From: Sphingobacterium wenxiniae
GTDB taxonomy: Bacteria; Bacteroidota; Bacteroidia; Sphingobacteriales; Sphingobacteriaceae
Assembly: GCA_040394995.1 (NCBI GenBank)
Contig: JBEBRE010000004.1
Span: 825-64,824, forward strand
Length of the DNA: 64,000 nucleotides
Direction of reading: 5' to 3'
Positions 59,108 through 64,000 of the stretch are shown here, piece by piece. Under the pieces are notes generated by a model, which did not search any database, had not been told where the DNA came from, and was given only the letters and a program-made list of their open reading frames with translations. The position numbers and the translations under genes are program-made. How positions within the stretch are numbered: the first letter of the stretch is position 1; each line of letters begins with the position of its first letter.

Positions 59108-59958
59108 TTCTCCCATGCCACGACTTCTTGCCGGGATTCACCTAGGTAATCTGCACCGAGCTCTACAACGTCGCCGGGTTGGAGATAGATCGGTGGATTG
59201 AAGCCCAAGCCCACCCCGGCTGGTGTTCCAGTAGATATCACGTCTCCCGGCAATAGCGTCATAAACTGCGACACATAGGAAACCACAAACGGCACACTGA
59301 AAATCAAGTTGCTGGTATTACCATCTTGATAGGTCTCGCCGTTCACTTTCAACCACAGGCGCACATTATTGATGTCCGGAATTTCATCCACAGTCGTCAT
59401 CACTGGTCCCATAGGTGCAAAGGTATCGCATCCCTTTCCTTTATCCCAGGTGCCACCACGCTCGATCTGGAACTCCCGTTCCGACACATCGTTGTGTAGC
59501 ACATAGCCAGCAACATAATCGAACGCTTCGTGTTCCTTCACATAAGTAGCTTTTTTGCCAATGACAATACCAAATTCTACTTCCCAATCTGTTTTCTTGG
59601 AATTTTTAGGGATGACAATTCGGTCATTGGGACCTACCAGTGAGGTCGTGGATTTCATAAAAACAATGGGCTCTGCTGGAATCGCAGCACCAGTTTCCGC
59701 GGCATGGTCTTTATAGTTGAGACCAATGCATACAATTTTGGATGGGCGCGCAAATGGAACGCCCAATCGCGTCCCTTCTGGTACCGGAATAAGCTTGCCT
59801 TGGTTTGCCTTCACAAATTCTTCCAAGCGTGCTAAGCCATTTTCCGCAAAAAACTGCTCGTTATAATCGCCACCAAAAGCCGAAGCATCGTAGTTTACAC
59901 CATCGACCTGCACGCCAATCTTTTCTTTTCCTTGTTCGCCAAAACGTATTAATTTCAT
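59098..59958 (-). CDS. Fumarylacetoacetate hydrolase family (2,4-diketo-3-deoxy-L-fuconate hydrolase-like)
   Basis: CIGLNY, DWEVE, NDVSER, KGK, TGTPAGVG. Confidence 0.9.
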   Translation of the reverse strand: MKLIRFGEQGKEKIGVQVDGVNYDASAFGGDYNEQFFAENGLARLEEFVKANQGKLIPVPEGTRLGVPFARPSKIVCIGLNYKDHAAETGAAIPAEPIVFMKSTTSLVGPNDRIVIPKNSKKTDWEVEFGIVIGKKATYVKEHEAFDYVAGYVLHNDVSEREFQIERGGTWDKGKGCDTFAPMGPVMTTVDEIPDINNVRLWLKVNGETYQDGNTSNLIFSVPFVVSYVSQFMTLLPGDVISTGTPAGVGLGFNPPIYLQPGDVVELGADYLGESRQEVVAWENKE

Positions 59959-59964
59959 TTTTTA

Positions 59965-60099
59965 TCCCCCAAACCCCCAAAGGGGGCTTTATTTGTTTAA
60001 CGTTCTTTTTGTTTAAAGTTTAAAGCTATAGCTGTCTTTGTTCTTTATTCTTTATTCTTGGTTCTTTATTCTTTGTTCTTTGTTCTTTGTTCTTTGCTC
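59965..60099. repeat. C-tract hairpin element plus ~9 TTCTTTR heptamers
   Basis: CCCCCAAACCCCCAAAGGGGG; heptamer array at 60034-60096. Confidence 0.85.
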
Positions 60100-60864
60100 T
60101 TAATTATTCAATTTAATAAATCCACCGTCAATCGGATAGTCATTCCCCGTAATAAAACCTGCATCGTCCGAACACAAGAACAACGCTAATTTAGCGATTT
60201 CCTCGGGTTTTGCCATGCGGCCAATCGGCTGTGATTTAGATAGTTTTTCAAACATTTCTGCCTCTTGACCGGGATAGTTTTTTGCAATAAATCCATCCAC
60301 AAAAGGTGTATGCACACGTGCCGGTGAAATACTGTTGGATCGGATATTGTCGGCCATATAATCACGAGCAATGGACATACTCATCGCATAAACAGCACCT
60401 TTGCTCATGGAATAGGCAAAACGATCGGAGATACCCACTACGGCCGCTATGGAGGCTAAGTTTAAAATCGCCCCACCCCCATTCGCTTTCATGACCGGCA
60501 CAACGGCATACAAAGCATTGTATGCACCCTTCACATTGACCTGAAATACGCGGTCAAAATCTGCCTCTGTACATTTTTCTAAATGACCGACATGTGCGAT
60601 GCCAGCATTATTGACCAAAATATCCACTTTGCCTATGTTTTGCACGATGGCCAACACATCCGATTGATTGGCGACATTACAGGCGTGCACCTTCGATCGG
60701 CCACCCTTTGCCTCAATGGCATCTGCCACAGGTTGCGCGCCCTCGGCGTTCAAATCCAAAATATGGACAAACGCTCCTTCGGCGGCGAACAATTCAGAGA
60801 TGGCACGTCCTATGCCACTCCCCCCCCCGGTGACAATCGCTATTTTATTTGCTAACTTTGACAT
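60100..60864 (-). CDS. SDR, probable 2-keto-3-deoxy-L-fuconate dehydrogenase
   Basis: TGGGSGIG, NNAG, RFAYSMSKGAV, QPIGRM; adjacent to the FAH gene. Confidence 0.8.
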   Translation of the reverse strand: MSKLANKIAIVTGGGSGIGRAISELFAAEGAFVHILDLNAEGAQPVADAIEAKGGRSKVHACNVANQSDVLAIVQNIGKVDILVNNAGIAHVGHLEKCTEADFDRVFQVNVKGAYNALYAVVPVMKANGGGAILNLASIAAVVGISDRFAYSMSKGAVYAMSMSIARDYMADNIRSNSISPARVHTPFVDGFIAKNYPGQEAEMFEKLSKSQPIGRMAKPEEIAKLALFLCSDDAGFITGNDYPIDGGFIKLNN

Positions 60865-60865
60865 C

Positions 60866-62176
60866 TTATTTTAGCCCTAATTTTAACACTAAATCATTTT
60901 CATCACCTATATTTTCCGGAATCTCTACGACAAGCGTATCTCCTTCTATTTGGCGATAGGTTATTTTTGACTGTCCGTTAAAAGTGGTTATGTTGGCTAT
61001 CTTAAACGTTATATTCGGAATCTCCAATCGCCTCTTTGCCCCGTTCAGCACATGCAGATACACGGTGTTTCCTTTTTTGGTGAAGGCATAATCATCAGTC
61101 GGTTCCACAAATCCACCTTCCGTTCCGTAGATGGATTCTCCGTAAATTTTCAACCACTCTCCCAATTGGCGCAAGCGCTCTTGCTGATAATCCTGAATCT
61201 CGCCATTCGGCATCGGGCCTACATTCAACAACAAGTTAGAACCATGTCCGGCTGCCTTCACTAAATACAACAACACTTCTTTGAAAGATTTCTGCTTGCG
61301 GTCTTTAATATCAAATCCCCATGAGCCGGCAATCGTGCCACAGACCTCCTTAGGCAACTGGCCTACATCTTCGGCAGATGTACCAAAACCTGTTGTATTT
61401 TGTCCGGGAAGATCACGTTCAAACATTTGAAAATCTTCTCCCGGAATGGGTGCTATATGGTGGTTGTTTCCGACCAAGCAATGTGGTTGCAAACGATGGA
61501 TAAGTCCGTAAATCTCGTCGTAATGCCAATTTTCATCTTTCTTGTCCCAATGTCCATCAAACCATATACCGTCTATACGGCCGTAATTGGTCAACAACTC
61601 TATCAACTGTGCTTTCATAAACTGTATATAGCTGTTCCAGTCGCCCTTGCTTTCATCACGACCGGCTATGCCTTTACCTGTTCTGCCAAAAGGTAAATAG
61701 TCATCCCGCTTCCAATCCAGCAAGGAATAATAGAACATCACCTTGAGTCCTTCAGCACGACAGGCTTCCACCAGTTCTTTTACAATATCCCGCTTAAAAG
61801 GTGTTGCCTTGACAATGTTATAATCTGAAACCTTGGAATCCCACATGGAAAAACCATCGTGGTGCCTCGAAGTAAAGGTAACGTATTTCGCTCCCGAAGC
61901 TTTAAACAATCGAGCCCATTCCTTTGCGTTAAAATCAATGGGATTAAAAAATTTGGGCAACAAGCCATATTCGGATAAGCTCATATTTTGGTTGTTCATT
62001 ACCCATTCTCCATCTCCCATCACGCTATAAACGCCCCAATGAATAAACACACCAAAACGAGCCTGTTCAAACCAGGCCCTGTTTTCCAAATTCTCTGCAC
62101 TGGGCTGATAACCCTGCGCTAAACCGCTTGCCTGCAAAAGGCATACAAAAGCAATTAATGATAGTATTTTTTTCAT
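60866..62176 (-). CDS. Alpha-L-fucosidase, GH29
   Basis: FGVFIHWG, RHHDGF, IWFDG, LLLNVGP; signal peptide. Confidence 0.95.
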   Translation of the reverse strand: MKKILSLIAFVCLLQASGLAQGYQPSAENLENRAWFEQARFGVFIHWGVYSVMGDGEWVMNNQNMSLSEYGLLPKFFNPIDFNAKEWARLFKASGAKYVTFTSRHHDGFSMWDSKVSDYNIVKATPFKRDIVKELVEACRAEGLKVMFYYSLLDWKRDDYLPFGRTGKGIAGRDESKGDWNSYIQFMKAQLIELLTNYGRIDGIWFDGHWDKKDENWHYDEIYGLIHRLQPHCLVGNNHHIAPIPGEDFQMFERDLPGQNTTGFGTSAEDVGQLPKEVCGTIAGSWGFDIKDRKQKSFKEVLLYLVKAAGHGSNLLLNVGPMPNGEIQDYQQERLRQLGEWLKIYGESIYGTEGGFVEPTDDYAFTKKGNTVYLHVLNGAKRRLEIPNITFKIANITTFNGQSKITYRQIEGDTLVVEIPENIGDENDLVLKLGLK

Positions 62177-62186
62177 ATGATTTTAT

Positions 62187-62220
62187 CCTCTCCCCTTGCC
62201 CTCTCCAAAGGAGAGGGAGC
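62187..62220. repeat. C-tract/hairpin REP-like element
   Basis: CCTCTCCCCTTG-CCCTCTCC-AAA-GGAGAGGG-AGC. Confidence 0.8.
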
Positions 62221-62349
62221 TTATCAGGCTTGTGCTAATATTCTATTTTCTTCAATCCTTATTTGTCATCAAACTGGTTGTAGTATCCCGCTACAACCTT
62301 TTCCAACCGTTCCTTGAAGTGTCTACTGAGACACTACGGCCAGTTGATA

Positions 62350-62401
62350 AGGAAGAATCTGTAAATCATCTTTTTTAGATTCCTCCTACCGTCGGAATGA
62401 C
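62350..62401. repeat. GTCATTCCGAC-type palindromic repeat remnant
   Basis: AGGAAGAATCT...AGATTCCTCCTACCGTCGGAATGAC. Confidence 0.6.
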
Positions 62402-62486
62402 AAAAAAACGCGATATGAGTCAAGCCAACATTCGTCATTAAAAACGAATCATTTGTCAATTGACCATCTCCTAAAAAAGCGACTTG

Positions 62487-62543
62487 TTCAAATTCTTGAA
62501 TTTTCACATTCTCAAATTTCCAAATTCTCACATTTCCAAATTA
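62487..62543. repeat. Degenerate 8-mer tandem repeat
   Basis: TTCAAATT/TTCACATT/CTCAAATT/TCCAAATT units directly after the UxaA-family stop. Confidence 0.7.
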
Positions 62544-64000
62544 CAAAGACACCCCCCTACGCCACGGAATAAAGTCATCCTGTCCCAGCCGAACAGCTTT
62601 CGGAATTTCTTCGCCACTGGCCACTTGAATGACATATTCCAAAATCCGATGGGCAGCTTCTTCTATTGTCTCTTCGCCATCGATGATGGTGCCACAATTG
62701 ATATCAATGATATCGGGCATTTTTTCAAAGGTCTTGGTGTTTGTCGATAGCTTGATAACCGGTGTAATTGGATTTCCTGTAGGTGTCCCCAAACCGGTAG
62801 TAAACAAGACAATATTTGCTCCTGCAGCGACTTCTGCCGTGGTACTTTCCACATCATTGCCCGGTGTGCAGAGCAAGTTCAATCCCGGGCCATTTGCCAA
62901 TTCTGGATAATCAATTACTGCCATCACAGGTGAGGTGCCTCCCTTTTTTGCAGCACCAGCAGATTTAATCGCATCTGTAATCAAACCATCGCGGATATTG
63001 CCGGGCGAAGGATTCATGTAAAAACCGGAACCATCTGCTTCGGCCTTGGCATTATAGGTTTTCATCAGGTGCATGAATTTTTCAGCCGTAGCCTCGTTTA
63101 TGCACCGATCGCTCAGCTCCTGCTCTACGCCACATAGTTCGGGGAATTCCGCTAAAATAACCGAACCATCCAAGGTCACCAGCATATCCGATAAATACCC
63201 TAAGGCCGGATTGGCAGAGATACCCGAAAATCCATCCGATCCGCCACATTCCAGACCGATGCACAGCTTATCCAGAGTAGCTGGTTGGCGAGTTTGCTGG
63301 TTCACAATTGTCAACCCCGCAAAAGTGGCTTTGATGGCTTTTTGCATCAGTTCTTGCTCTGTTCCTTCAAACTGCTGTTCAAAAATGTACAACGGTTTGT
63401 CAAAATTCGGATCCCGGCGGGCGATTTCTGCCCGTAGAATAGAAGCTTGGGCATGTTGACAACCCAAACTCAACACCGTGGCACCCGCCACATTGGGATG
63501 GGTAATATATCCGGCCAACAAGCCACACAATGCATCGGAATCCATGCGCGTACCGCCACAACCCATATCGTGGTTCAAAAACTTCACGCCATCAATATTC
63601 GGAAAAAGACGATGGCGCTGTTTATTCGCTTTGGCCACCGACAGGTCTACAGACAGCAACTCGTCAACCGAAGCGCCGGATTGATAGCGAGCAATCAACT
63701 CGTCTACTTCGTCCGAATAATCCTTCGATGCTACTTGATACCCAAGTTTTTCTTCCAACGCATTTTTCAAAGTCAAAACATTTCGGTTCTCACAGAACAC
63801 TAAGGGAATGACCAACCAATGATTGGCCGTGCCTACCGTACCATTGTTTCGGTGAAAGCCGTTAAACGTACGTCCTACAAAAGTGGAAACATCGGGTTTT
63901 ACCCAATCCAATTTCCGGTTGCCCAGCTTAAAGTCTTCCGAAGCGTGCCGTAGGTTTTCAGTGGTAATCAGCATTCCTTCGTCCACGCCATTATTCATTT
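62541..64000 (-). CDS. UxaA/GarD family sugar-acid dehydratase (5' end outside window)
   Basis: HDMGCG, HPNVAG, LGCQ, GLECGGSDGFSGISANP, NPSPGN..DGL.T...KS.G, FTTG.G. Confidence 0.92.
   Translation of the reverse strand, partial: MNNGVDEGMLITTENLRHASEDFKLGNRKLDWVKPDVSTFVGRTFNGFHRNNGTVGTANHWLVIPLVFCENRNVLTLKNALEEKLGYQVASKDYSDEVDELIARYQSGASVDELLSVDLSVAKANKQRHRLFPNIDGVKFLNHDMGCGGTRMDSDALCGLLAGYITHPNVAGATVLSLGCQHAQASILRAEIARRDPNFDKPLYIFEQQFEGTEQELMQKAIKATFAGLTIVNQQTRQPATLDKLCIGLECGGSDGFSGISANPALGYLSDMLVTLDGSVILAEFPELCGVEQELSDRCINEATAEKFMHLMKTYNAKAEADGSGFYMNPSPGNIRDGLITDAIKSAGAAKKGGTSPVMAVIDYPELANGPGLNLLCTPGNDVESTTAEVAAGANIVLFTTGLGTPTGNPITPVIKLSTNTKTFEKMPDIIDINCGTIIDGEETIEEAAHRILEYVIQVASGEEIPKAVRLGQDDFIPWRRGVSL

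Noticed and set aside
58024-62543. CRISPR array or IS ends
   Set aside because: No regular repeat-spacer period, cas gene or transposase; these are microsatellite/REP-like repeats

Overview
64 kb chromosomal segment of a Bacteroidota bacterium, most similar in gene content to Sphingobacterium/Sphingobacteriaceae (TAnnTTTG/TTTG promoters, no Shine-Dalgarno sites, SusC/SusD). Positions 1-33.4 kb are mostly core genes: smc 3' end, a SCO/cytochrome c cluster, rimP-nusA-infB, lpxB, GT2s, pyrC, ubiX, tRNA-Arg(ACG), pepD and dinB. Positions 33.5-55.5 kb are an AraC-linked alpha-galactoside/fucoside polysaccharide utilization locus (SusC/D, two surface lipoproteins, a divergent clan GH-D hydrolase, GH36, GH95) carrying its own apparently kinase-free oxidative galactose pathway. 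Positions 57-64 kb are an oxidative L-fucose operon with a GH29, whose intergenic gaps are filled with short repeats. Signals not in the ORF track: a 55-aa Cys-rich mini-protein with an FhuF-like [2Fe-2S] motif behind a Fur-box-like promoter, two promoter-plus-terminator small-RNA candidates whose cores are antisense to translation-start regions, a conserved operator at three PUL promoters, and a terminator in the rimP leader. No IS, prophage or CRISPR array was seen. All product calls come from motif recognition by eye; no database searches were run.
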